A stretch of 64,000 bases of DNA from Amphiscolops sp. MND2022. Lineage: Eukaryota. The notes beneath the pieces were generated by a model, which was not told where the DNA came from, did not search any database, and saw only the letters and a list, made by a program, of their open reading frames with translations. The translations under genes were made by a program, and so were the position numbers. Positions 23,889 through 36,608 of this stretch are shown here, piece by piece. Position 1 is the stretch's first letter. Each line of letters starts with the position of its first letter. Location: contig OZ076413.1 of the NCBI GenBank assembly GCA_964187785.1, positions 65,038,001 to 65,102,000 of the forward strand, written 5' to 3'.

Positions 23889-24105
23889 CTGGAAAATACT
23901 CGTGCCACGTATTGCGTGCCAGTGGCGAGTCCAGTTTTGGTCTGGTCCAGACCTTTCTTGTGGGCTTGTTCTGGGTAGAAGGGACCATTGAGACTCATTT
24001 GGAATCCCTCCGCAAAAAACACGATCACACACGCTGCCACTCTTGTCCAGAGTATCATCTTCTCACAACGTTTCATTTTGGATTCTTGACAAATTGCGAT
24101 TGCTT
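23889..24105 (-). CDS. SLC18B1-like MFS transporter, first coding exon (ATG at 24076)
   Basis: VFFAEGFQMSLNGPFYPEQAHKKGLDQTKTGLATG parallels the SLC18B1 TM1 'GPFFPKEAEKKG' pattern. Strong acceptor TTTCTTTCCTTTAG| at 24106. Confidence 0.8.
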
Positions 24106-24144
24106 CTAAAGGAAAGAAACTTTGATTGATCAATTGAGCTCTTA

Positions 24145-27100
24145 AATGCTACAAGTGAAAGATGCTTTATAAAAGGTTATTTCAAATGGTGAGAACTATA
24201 CGAGTTTAAATCGGTCACAGATCAAATTCGTTCAACATCTTAGAACTTAATTCCAGTTGACGCATTCAACTGATAGTTCCATAATCGAAACAGCTGGAGC
24301 TTTTTACATGATGCTCCATGTCTGCATGAAGATTACTTTGTTAAAAACCAAATAAAATCAGTGAATTTCCGGTGGCAAAATTTGTAGGATTCTCCTTCAG
24401 ATTCCAAGTGCCCTCGAAATCGGAAAAAACTCTCCCATTGTTTAGTGACACAATAACGTTGTATTGAGACTTTGGTTTCTCAACTGTTATTTCGATGGTT
24501 ATCATCGCGTCTTAAAACTCACTCTCAAGACGACGCAAGCTTGCAGCAGTTTACAAGGTGACTGAGTTCACTCTCAAATAAAACGACTCTAATTTTGAGG
24601 AGGGCTCAGCTATATGTTGTTGTATACGTAGATCTCACAGTTAAAATCAGGAAACACGGTAAGAATCAACTGTATTCTATTGTATCACGAATTATACTAT
24701 CTATCTATATTCAGTACATCAGCATCAATTTGATTAACACAAATTGACAGCCAAATATAGTTAGAGCAGTTGGGATTCTTGCGTCTGCATGTCACATCCC
24801 TCCTCCTGAATGGTCCGCGTGAAGTTTCTGAATACTTGTTGTAAAACCGTATTGAACATATTTCTTTGTCTTCTGGCCGTGCGGTTCAGTGTTCCTTTTC
24901 TTTATTGTTCTCCACTTTAGTGCTTGTCTTTTCCTGTAAAACATCACCATTAGTTAGTTTTTTTTATTATTATCGGGATGAAACGGTACGCCACCCAGTT
25001 TTTCCATTTGTTTAACGAAAGGTAATCTGTTGTATTTTCTGAGTGATTGTAACATTCTATTGGTTTAATATTGCCGTTTGTTTTACCTTGTTGGAGCCTA
25101 AGTTCATCGTCGCGGGGTAGGAACTGGCTTTCGTCCTCTGTTTTGGTATGCACCGGTTTGCCTTCTGATTTGTTGTAGCAGTCAAAGTCTTCATCGCGGA
25201 CTATGCAGAGGTTCAATTCAGCTTCCTTCTCGGTGGGTTTGGTGCGTGGCGTGATTTGGTGAATAGCACCTTTGATTTTGTGGTTGCTCCTTTTCTTTAC
25301 CCAGTCTTCGCTTTTTTTATGATGCTCCAGGCGTGAAGTCTCCTTTTTGCTATATATACACTGTGCTTCATTGCATTTTCCGGTATCCAGATATTTTGAG
25401 CATATTAGTTATTCGGTCTTTGTTGTCGTCGTGTTTATCCGCTTCGTAGGGTCGGCTGTGTTCTGCTGAAAAGGCAGTGGGTTGGTGATAAGTTTCTGGT
25501 GTATTACTTCATTTTTTGGTGGTTATGGTGAGGTCCGTGCCGGATGCGAAGCTTTGGATTTTGTTACTAATGCTACAAATGAAAGGATGCTTTATAAAAA
25601 ATTATTTCAAGAGGTGAGAACTATACGGGTTTAATTCGATCACAGATCAAATTCGTGCAACAATTTCGAACTTAATTCCAGTTGACGTATTCAACTGATA
25701 GTTCCATAATCGGAACAGGTGCTTTTTACATGATGCTGCATGTCTGCATGAAGGATATTTTGTTAAAAACCAAATAAAATCAGTGAATTTCAGGTGCCAA
25801 AATTTGTAGGATTCTCCTTCAGACTCCAAGTTCTCTCGAAATCGGAAAAAACTCTCCGATTGTTTAGTGACACGATAACGTTGTATTGCCACTTTGGTTT
25901 CTCAACTGTCACTTCGATGAATATCATCGCGTCTCAAAACTCACTCTCAAGACGTCGCAAGCTTGCAGCAGTTTACAGGGTGACTGAGTTTACTTTTAAA
26001 TAAAACGACTCTAATTTTGAGGAGGGCTCAGCTATATGTTGTTGTACGCGTAGATCTCGCGGTTAAAACTAGGAAACACGGTAAGAATCACCGGTATTCT
26101 CTTGTATCACGAATTATACTATCTATCTATATTCAGTACATCAGCATCAATTTGATTAACTCAAATTGACAGCCAAATATAGTTAGAGCAGTTTGATTCC
26201 TGCGTCTGCATGTCACATCCTTCCTCCTGAATGGTCCCGGTGAGGTTTCTGAATACTTGTTGTAAGACCGTATTGAACAGATTTTTTTTGTCTTCTGGCC
26301 GAGCGGTTCAGTGTTCCTTTTCTTTATTGCTCTCCACTTTAGTGCTTGTCTTTTCCTGTAAAACATCACCATTAGTTAGTTTTTTTATTATTATCGGGAT
26401 GAAACGGTGCGCAACCCAATTTTTCCATATGTTTAACGAAAGGTAATCTTTTGTATTTTCTGACTGATTGTAACATTCTATTTGTTTGTTTTTGCCGTTT
26501 GTATTACCTTGTTGGGGCCTAAATTCATCGTCGCCGAGTAGGAACTGGATTTCGTCCTCTGTTTTGGTATGCACCGGTTTGTCGTCTGATTTGTTGTAGC
26601 AGTCAAAGTCTTCATCGCGGACTATGCTGAGGTTCAATTCAGCTTCCTTCTCGGTGGGTTTGGTGCGTGGCGTGATTTGCTGAATTGCACCTTTCATTTT
26701 GTGGTTGCTCCTTTTCTTTCCCTACTCTTCGCTTCTTTTATGATGCTCCAGGCGTGAAGTCTCTTTTTTGCTATATATACACGGTGCTTCATTGTTTTTT
26801 CTAGTATACAGATTTTTTGAGCATATTAGTTAGTCGGACTTTGTTGTCGTCGTGTTTATCCGCTTCGTTGGGTCGGCTGTGTTCTGCTGAAAAGGGGTGG
26901 GTTGGTGATAAGTTTCTGGTGTATTACTTCATTTTTTGGTGGTTATGGTGTGGTCCGTGTCGGATGCAGCGCTTTGGATTTTGTCACTAATGCTACAAAT
27001 GAAAGGATGCTTTATAAAAGGTTATTTCAAAAGGTGAGAACTATACGAATTTAATTCGATCACAGATCAAATTCGTTCAACACCTTCGAACTTAATTCCA

Positions 27101-29825
27101 GTTGACGTATTCAACTGATAGTTCCATAATCGAAACAGGTGCTTTTTACATGATGCTGCATGTCTGCATGAAGGATATTTTGTTAAAAACCAAATAAAAT
27201 CAGTGAATTTCAGGTGCCAAAATTTGTAGGATTCTCCTTCAGACTCCAAGTTCTCTCGAAATCGGAAAAAACTCTCCGATTGTTTAGTGACACGATAACG
27301 TTGTATTGCCACTTTGGTTTCTCAACTGTCACTTCGATGAATATCATCGCGTCTCAAAACTCACTCTCAAGACGTCGCAAGCTTGCAGCAGTTTACAGGG
27401 TGACTGAGTTTACTTTTAAATAAAAACGACTCTAATTTTGAGGAGGGCTCAGCTATATGTTGTTGTACGCGTAGATCTCGCGGTTAAAACTAGGAAACAC
27501 GGTAAGAATCACCGGTATTCTCTTGTATCACGAATTATACTATCTATCTATATTCAGTACATCAGCATCAATTTGGTTAACACAAATTGACAGCCAAAGA
27601 TAGTTAGAGCAGTTTGATTCCTGCGTCTGCATGTCACATCCTTCCTCCTGAATGGTCCCGGTGAGGTTTCTGAATACTTGTTCTAAGACCGTATTGAACA
27701 GATTTCTTCGTCTTCTGGCCGAGCAGTTCAGTGTTCCTTTTCTTTATTGCTCTCCAATTTAGTGCTTGTCTTTTCCTGTAAAACATCACCATTAGTTACT
27801 TTTTTTATAATCGGGATGAAACGGTACGCCACCCAATTTTTCCATTTGTTTAACAAAAGGTAACCTTTTGTATTTTCTGACTGATTGTAACATTCTATTG
27901 GTTTATTATTGCCGTTTGTTTTACCTTGTTGGGGCCTAAATTCATCGTCGCGGAGTAGGAACTGGATTTCGTCCTCTGTTTTGGTATGCACCGGTTTGTC
28001 GTCTGATTTGTTGTAGCAGTCAAAGTCTTCATCGCGGACTATGCTGAGGTTCAATTCAGCTTCCTTCTCGGTGGGTTTGGTGCGTGGCGTGGTTTGCTGA
28101 AATGCACCTTTCATATTGTGGTTGCTCCTTTTCTTTACACACTCTTCGCTTCTTTTATGATGCTCCAGGCGTGAAGTCTCCTTTTTGCTATATATACACG
28201 GTGCTTCATTGCTTTTTCTAGTATACAGATTTTTTGAGCATATTAGTTAGTCGGACTTTGTTGTCGTCGTGTTTATCCGCTTCGTTGAGGAGGTGTTCTG
28301 CTGAAAAGGCGGTGGGTTGGTGATAAGTTTCTGGTGTATTACTTCATTTTTTCGTGGATATGGTGTGGTCCGTGTCGGATGCAGCGCTTTGGATTTTGTT
28401 ACTAATGCTACAAATGAAAGGATGCTTTATAAAAGGTTATTTCAAAAGGTGAGAACTATACGAATTTAATTCGATCACAGATCAAATTCGTTCAACACCT
28501 TCGAACTTAATTCCAGTTGACGTATTCAACTGATTGTTCCATAAAAAAAACAGCTGCATTTTACATGATGCTGCATGTCTGCATGAAGAATATTTTGTTA
28601 AAAACCAATTAAAGTCAGTGAATTTCAGGTGGCAAAATTTGTAGGATTCTCCTTCAGACTCCAAGTGCTCTCGAAATCGGAAAAAACTCTCCGATTGTTT
28701 AGTGACACGATAACGTTGTATTGCCACTTTGGTTTCTCAACTGTTACTTCGATGAATATCATCGCGTCTCAAAACTCACTCTCAAGACGTCGCAAGCTTG
28801 CAGCAGTTTACAGGGTGACTGACTTTACTTTTAAATAAAAACGACTCTAATTTTGAGGAGGGCTCAGCTATATGTTGTTGTACGCGTAGATCTCGCGGTT
28901 AAAACTAGGAAACACGGTAAGAATCACCGGTATTCTCTTGTATCACGAATTATACTATCTATCTATATTCAGTACATCAGCATCAATTTGGTTAACACAA
29001 ATTGACAGCCAAATATAGTTAGAGCAGTTTGATTCCTGCGTCTGCATGTCACATCCTTCCTCCTGAAAGGTCCCGGTGAGGTTTCTGAATACTTGTTGTA
29101 AGACCGTATTGAACAGATTTCTTTGTCTTCTGGCCGAGCGATTCAGTGTTCCTTTTCTTTATTGCTCTCCACTTTAGTGCTTGTCTTCTCCTGTAAAACA
29201 TCACCATTAGTTACTTTTTTTCATAATCGGGATGAAACAGTACGCCACCCAATTTTTCCATTTGTTTAACGAAAGGTAATCTGTTGTATTTTCTGAGTGA
29301 TTGTAACATTCTATTGGTTTATTATTGCCGTTTGTTTTACCTTGTTGGGGCCTAAGTTCATCGTCGCGGGGTAGGAACTGGATTTCGTCCTCTATTTTGG
29401 TATGCACCGGTTTGCCGTCTGATTTGTTGTAGCAGTCAAAGTCTTCCTCGCGGACTATGCTGAGGTTCAATTCAGCTTCCTTCTCGGTGGGTTTGGTGCG
29501 TGGCGTGTTTTGGTGAATTGCACCTTTCATTTTGTGGTTGCTCCTTTTCTTTACCCAGTCTTCGCTTCTTTTATGATGCTCCAGGCGTGAAGTCTCCTTT
29601 TTGCTATATATACACTGTGCTTCATTGCTTTTTCCGGTATCCAGATATTTTGAGCATATTAGTTAGTCGGCCTTTGTTGTCGTCGTGTTTATCCGCTTCG
29701 TTGGGGCGACGGTGTTCTGCTGAAAAGGCGGTTGGTTGGTGATAAGTTTCTGGTGTATTACTTCATTTTTTCGTGGTTATGGTGTGGTCCGTGTCGGATG
29801 TGGCGCTTTGGATTTTGTTATTAAT
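24145..29825 (-). repeat. Head-to-tail tandem array of 4 units (1424, 1420, 1415, ~1420 bp), each containing a Ty3/gypsy 3' end and LTR
   Basis: AATGCTACA recurs at 24145, 25569, 26989 and 28404. Each unit has PPT GGAGGA(A/G)GGA followed by TGTGACA...AACAACA (24615-24796, 26037-26217, 27458-27638, 28873-29053) and a remnant ORF (...VRDEDFDCYNKS...). Confidence 0.92.
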
Positions 29826-31117
29826 TTTACTTTCTAACGAGCCTTTTTTGTAAACTTTTCATAAAAGTTGAAAGGGTCGTTGAATTTGTCTATACTTACC
29901 GAACTAGGTTGTTTCTTGGTTTGGGTGAAAATAGCAATAGGACAAAAAAAACTGCTAGGAACTGTCGCTAAAATTTTGTTTGCTATACCTCGATACATAA
30001 GTGATCCGCATAATCATTTTTTTAAAAGTTGCCTGTTGTTGAATGAAAATCATTACTAACAAAAAACGCTCAGCTTAAGAACACAAAAATTTCACGACTG
30101 TGGCAATCATACCCACTGAAACTATCCAAGCGAAACCATCGAAAACTCTTCTACAAAAAGCGCTCGAGAAAAGAAAAAAAATTGAAAAGTTTTGGTTGAG
30201 TTTGTTTTTATTTTTGGAGAAAAACACGTTGGTTGTTAAGATATTTAACTTTGTCGATGCTCTTAGCCACCAAACCCCCCCGATGCATCGAACTGTTGAT
30301 GGTTGAAGAGAAAAAAAAATCCAGACTCCAATTTTGCGGGTTGGACGATGAATGTACATTTCTGCTGCTCTAGGTTGGCGGCATTTTGGATTTTGTTTTT
30401 CATTGCAAGCTATGGTACCTTTTTTGGAGCCAAGTGGTAGAACGGTGGTAGGCTTGAAGTTTTGTTTTTGAGCCGACTTGGTTGAAGCCACAAAGTTTTG
30501 ATCGCAGTTGCGCGTTCATTTTTGTTTTCTCCACCAGAAATGGTAAGTTGTGAGAGATTCGAAACTGAATCGACAACAACACAGGTATATCAATTGATCA
30601 TATAGGATTGAAAAGTTGCAGAATTGGTAATTGCAGACGATTGGCTTGTGAAATTGTCCGTAAATTGGCTGATAAAAGGGTATTTTTTATAGATTTTCCC
30701 ATGACATGGCCCAAAATTTCTGTGAACAGGCCCTAATTCGACAATTTGCGAAACCGGATTAAATTTTGACTCAATCGAAATTTTCACCTTGTCAAGAAAT
30801 TCAAGATTTTTTGGAAGAAGTAAGACTTTCCAAGATCTTATCAAGAAATTCAAGAGGTAGCAGGATTTTGTAGGAAAATCCAAGATCTTGGTAAGAAATC
30901 CGAGAGTTTTAACATGGATTGCATTAACGACTACACATCATTCCCCGAAAATGAAAACTCTAAAAATGTATGGTAAATTTTACAGTTTTGGTCAGGGGAG
31001 TAACTCAGTTGTTGAGTTAGGAGGGAAAAGGTTCCGAATGAAAAATTGAAGGAAAAATCAAAACCAGCAGAAAACCTACCTTGGCTGCGCAACGAGTCAT
31101 AAAAATTCTATTTCAGC

Positions 31118-31165
31118 AATTTTCAGTAATTTCTGTGTAAATTTACACTGAAATTACTGAAAATT
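31118..31165. repeat. 48-bp spacerless palindrome (one mismatch)
   Basis: AATTTTCAGTAATTTCTGTGTAAA|TTTACACTGAAATTACTGAAAATT. Confidence 0.9.
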
Positions 31166-32624
31166 AAGCTGAGTTGATCACTGAGTTAATTAAGCCAGGC
31201 TAATTGTATCGTTCGATGACGTTCCAGAGAATTTTTGCTCGACTTTTCGTTCATTGTCTGTATTTTTTGTGAACGGAAAACGAGTTGACTGTATGAATTT
31301 TTGTTGGTTTGAAATTTATTGTTGCTGAATTTTTGTTGCTTGTCCGGGAAAAGTGTCGATGAAATGTTCTAAAAAGTTTTGGAAAATCTTTTCGGAGAAA
31401 ATTATGTCTAAGTAGAAGTTAATTTAACATTGCTGAAGCAAAGTCTATTTGAATGCGACTATTCAAAACTGAAGAGAAAAATTCTCTAGAACGTCATCTA
31501 ACGAAACAATTAACCTGGCTTGATTAACTCCAAGAGATGCTGAATTGCAAGATAACTTGATACTTCACAAAAACTGTTGCTGTTCAAAGTCAACATCGAA
31601 AACAATTTATGTCAATTTACTGACAAGGCTGGGAAAAAGCTCTGAAATCAAGGGGCACTTTAATGTTTTACTGCTGACTATTGAAATGGATCAATTAGGC
31701 AGATCCGTTTCGAACAGAATAATTTGAATGACAAAATATCACTTTCGATTTAACTGAAAATGTTATTGAATGAATGATTTGAGATACGACACCTTCAAAA
31801 TGGAAATTCGATTCAATTACAACTTCCAAGCTAGATATTTGAGCCTGATTCATTCAATTTCATCAACAGTATTCATTCGTGCCAGAAATGATGGCTGTAT
31901 TCGTAACAAAAGAAGTGGTTTTTTATACAAACATGACAAAAGTTCTCAAAACAGACTGTTTTCGTTTCAAGCCAGGTCTGATACAAATAATTATGAATTA
32001 GATGATTAGTTGCCATTTTTTGTCGGTTTAGGTTGTAAGGAAGTCGATTTATGTCGTTGAAATACGCTTTGATATTCACATTGTGGAACTAGAGATCAAC
32101 TATACTGAAACATTGCTTCAATCAACCATTTTCTTGTCCTAAATTGCAGGTGATTTTTAAAAGACAATGATTAAAAGGTTTTAAACAATCGGCTAGAAAC
32201 CGCTTCAGCCGAAATTGCCGATTTACCGATTTCGTGAACAAATTGAACAAGACGGAAACATCCCAAGTCGGCGCCCACTTAAGGTTCAGAAAGCGCAAAA
32301 TTTTATAAATATGCTCAGACCTTTTCACCAAAGACTCGCAAAAAAAGTGTCGAAACACACAAAATGTGCCTTTAGTTCTCGAAAAACGTTTAAAAGTTCC
32401 TTATAGCGTGCTGGGCCACAAGGGAGCACTTGTTTTCAAACCTTCGCCTCCTAGTTAGTAAAACGCAGTATAGTTCGGATATAACGTCAAAAATTCGTAA
32501 TTGCGCAACATTTTTGAACCTCCACTTCTTCTTTAGTGAAACTAAACTTACTCCGGATATAACTTCAAAAACTCGGATAATAATGAAAAGAATATATCGA
32601 TGGATTCTGTGTTGACTGACATCC

Positions 32625-32963
32625 TGGTAGAACTCGTTTAATTCAATGCGTCTGGGCTCGAGAACTGTGTTCTCGACGTCTGTTCTATTCAGACCGTAGT
32701 TCGTGTTACTAGGCGTTCTGTCAGACAACGAATCTATTTTCGACGTCAAGTTTTCTATCATCTTAAGGATTTCATGTTGGCCGGTCTCGGTATCCTTAAT
32801 TTTTTTTACTTACTGACTTCTCAATTTTCTCCGATAAATCTGCAAAATCTTTGTCGGAAATACTGGGGACGTTTTCCGATCTCATACTTGAAAATTCAGG
32901 CTCACCTATCCAACTAGTAGGCGACTCTCGTCTGGTTTTCCTTTTGGAACTTCGCTCAGGCAT
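32625..32963 (-). pseudogene. Probable Ty3/gypsy gag N-terminal remnant
   Basis: MPERSSKRKTR...DLSEKIEKSV / KIKDTETGQHEILKMIENLTSKIDSL, with a frameshift in an A8 run. The coiled-coil gag-like character is assigned from recall only. Confidence 0.45.
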
Positions 32964-35900
32964 TCTTTTTAAGTTAAGAACTTCGAAGGCTTCTTAAGAA
33001 TAGTTAAGATTGGCTTGCTCACAAAGAAATTGCTGAGCGCAAACTTTTAATTGTCGTTTAATTAGAAAGCAAATATTTTTCAACGGTAGGAAAAAGTTTA
33101 ACTAAAATGGCTTCCAAGTTTCAACATATTTATATCTTTCCTCTCGGAAGAGCGGGGCAAACACAACTACATTTCACATTTTGTTCAGCCCGGCGTCCGT
33201 CCGAGGCAAGGAAACCGGAAGTTCAGTTCCGCTTTGTCGAACTCAGACCTTCAGTTTGTTCATGCTTCCCGAGGAAAGCAAGCGTCCACTTCCTGTCTGA
33301 GTTGCGACTCCCCTTCCCTTCACCTCCAATTTCCCGCCTCTTTAAGACGCCAAAGCTGAACTTGGCAATGGTAAACTTGATGAATCACCAAAAATACTGC
33401 TGAATGAATATAAGAACTGGAAAAGATGACAATCAATATTCTACAAATTGTTTCCCAATTAATTAAATTAGCATCGATTTAGCCTTAAATTAACAAAATC
33501 ACATGTGGAATCACAAATAGATTAGTAGAGACGCTCATGCGGCGTTTACGACGCTAATTTAGCAGAAACTACAAAGCCTTAGCCCCAGGCCATAGTCCGG
33601 GACGTTTAAAGTTTACATAGGGGAAAAGGAACCATTATTAGAGACAAATACTGTTAAAAGCATCGTTTAGGGAGATGATTAGCTTGGTTCGATAGCAACA
33701 AGTTCATGGAAAAGGGATGTACATGTTATTAACGCGTATAATATTATTCAATACCAAACTCAAACCCAGGCCACCGTCCAGGCCTGTTTATTAACTAATC
33801 ACGATTTACATGTAAAATTTATAATATGTAACATTTTAAGCAACGACATTATCCATTATTACAGGAAGTAAGCCCAGAAATATTTTCTGAACGAAATTAC
33901 ATAGCAACATTAACATTTCTCGCTTTTATGGTTGACTCGATACATGTTTATTTTCAGGCTGCATCCCAGGCCACGGTATATATTATTCCATGCATTTAGC
34001 ACAAGATTTCAATTATTTGTACAAATACACGCGTATCATCATTTGGCTACTGCAAGGGGTATTAGAGTGTTTACATGTATTCATTAAATCGTTCAATTCT
34101 ATCGCGTTGTGCTTAGCAGCGTGATTTGATCTCAGGCCGCATGCCAGGCTGGCGCTTCGCGTACTGAATTTGGGGCCGGCCTCCAGGCCGCAGTCACGCT
34201 GTAGAATTGTTTGGCCGCTCGTTAGGCGGTGTGATTCGCATATCATCAACTGTAGCACTATATTTTTATTATTAACTGCACCATAGCTCTGTTATGTTGT
34301 AAGTACGTATGTATATAAGTGTACATTATTATACGAACACTAATATATGTAAATATTTATTTATTCAATTATTTTCCATATTATATTATTTAGCGCCATT
34401 ATTTCAGGTTGTATGGATTAGACTGATTGTTTGTTAGTTATTTGTTTTCGTTCTTTCCTTCGTCCATTTTCTAATTCATTCTCCAAAGACTGGGTTGGAT
34501 TTGCTGCAGAACTCACAGCTCAAGTGGGGCTGTGACAGATACATATTGAAGAAACCTAATTTCAGACGAAAAATGAGAATTTAGAAACTGCCTCATGTTG
34601 CCAAAATAGTGAAAGGTGGTCCAATTTGTTGCAAAATATCACAAAATAAAAGGAGCCCTTTGGAGACATTAAAACAATTTCGGAAAAAGTCTCTCGGTGC
34701 CGGTAAAATCGAAAAGGGTGACCCCTTTTGTCTCGTCCGGTTTTGCAATAAACAAAATTTTGCGAAATCGTAAGTGAAATAGAGCGCAACACTAATTTTG
34801 ATCGGAAGGGTATGTGCAACTGACTTTCTACTAAACCCCTAGTCGCATTTTCTACAGTGAACAACTAACTCATGGTAATAAAGGGCATCTTACCAGTGAC
34901 ACACTCTCGCTAGAGCAATCCGGTTGAGATATGTCTTACCCTGGTTGACCTTTTTACAAGGCTTTGCAGGTTACGAAGCAAATTTTTCATGATTTTATGA
35001 AATTCTCAAGGAAACTTCCGTGCAATGAAATTTCACTGATTCAATTTAAATTTATCATGCTGCCTATAAAATGCATCTTAAATTTGGCGGCAATTCCGAG
35101 CCGCGACGTTTTTCAGATTTCATTAAGCAGCAGTTCTAATTTTAAAAGCAGCTGAGACCTCGTCAATGTTACCACGCTTTCAATGCAAATAAACTTCAGT
35201 AAAAATTATAAGTTTCAAAGTAGCGCCATATTCTGCGTGCTATTTGAGTAACGGTGATTACATAAGTTATTTACATAAGAAACTTGCGCTGGAAAACAAA
35301 ATGACCGCAGCGGTGAAGAAGTGGAAATGTTTCCAGTTTTATTTGAAATAGTAGAAGCTGCATTTTAATCCTACAAAATGTTTCCATGTATACTCCTAGA
35401 ATTTTCCATGTTTTGTAAAACAAAATAGCCTGCATGTTTCCTTGCAGCATGTAAAAAGTTCAAGCAATCTCGACCAGGGTAGACTTTGAGAAAAACTGGC
35501 TTTTGTTTGACGTTTTAGAACTTTCAGTTTGCCAGGTATAGCTATCAATGCGACTAAAGTTAAGATAAGTAGTCAGTCATCCTTTACATTTGCAAACGAG
35601 GCCATCCCAAATTGAATTCAAAAACCTTCCGAGTCTTCGAGATGTCCGTAGTATTAATTTTTTATGGAGGTTTTCGGTTTCAGAAATCAGATCAGTGGCT
35701 AGGTCTATACTTCAAAATTTAGCAACGGTTTTAGCTACTCGAAACCAGTCGGTCAACGCTAAAGTTATTATTCAAGTTGTCTTCAGTTCCAAAGAGGTAC
35801 ACGTTGTGACATTGAAAGATCTTCAGTTAAGTATATCAACCGTATTATATGAGTAAGTAGTTTCAGACTGACCAGAGAATTGCTCCCAAGTTTAGAGGCC

Positions 35901-36608
35901 GACAGTGCTCAGGAAATCTACATAATTGCGGACGGCAGTGATACAAATAGCGCATTCATGAATATAGCCACTGATGACATTTAAAATGGTGTTCCATCAA
36001 ACTTGGGTGTCGCTTTTTATGCGAATGCATGGTTCCTGCAATCACCTCGTCTCCTACATGCAGGATCTCAACTTGTTCACCAGAATATTCTTCAGAACAG
36101 CTCCGAAAGCTCTTTTCCGCCCCTTTACATTTCGACATTGTTCGACCATTGTTTACCTTTCCTTCGCAAACCTTTAGATGTGCGGTTAGGAAAGGTTTTT
36201 TCACATTGATAGCATTTCGTGGTCTTTTGGGCGCCATTACTCGCTTATCTTCAGTTTGTGCACTTGTCTTCTTTTATTCGATCAATGCATCACATGCTGT
36301 GGCATTTTTAAAGTTTCTTCCATGTTGTCTTTGGGCTCTTGCCCACTGCGATTCCAAAAATTTGTTGTTATAAACCAGCCCTTGCAACGGGGTCGCAAAA
36401 TCACAATTTGTAGCAAAGCTATTATTTAGGACATGTCAGTGTTTGTTTTTGCTTGCTCTTGAGAAATTTCTATCCATCAACAGATTCTTCCTCTGAAATG
36501 CATCACTGCTTTCATTTATCAAGTGTTTCAGAGTGATGTTTTTCCCATTCTAAGTTGGGGTTTCTGTCTACCATTATTTTGTCGCTGCTTTCCCGCTTGC
36601 TATACCCT

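Noticed and set aside
24597-24614. TAGCTGAGCCCTCC as a primer-binding site after the array LTR
   Set aside because: It lacks the TGG start and matches no tRNA 3' end I can recall, so the one-LTR-circle model is not established.
24145-29825. CRISPR-like or satellite interpretation of the array; conserved 69-aa plus-strand and 81-aa minus-strand ORFs in units 2-4
   Set aside because: Units are 1.4 kb with no unique spacers. The ORF conservation is explained by recent duplication, and the ORFs are broken in unit 1.
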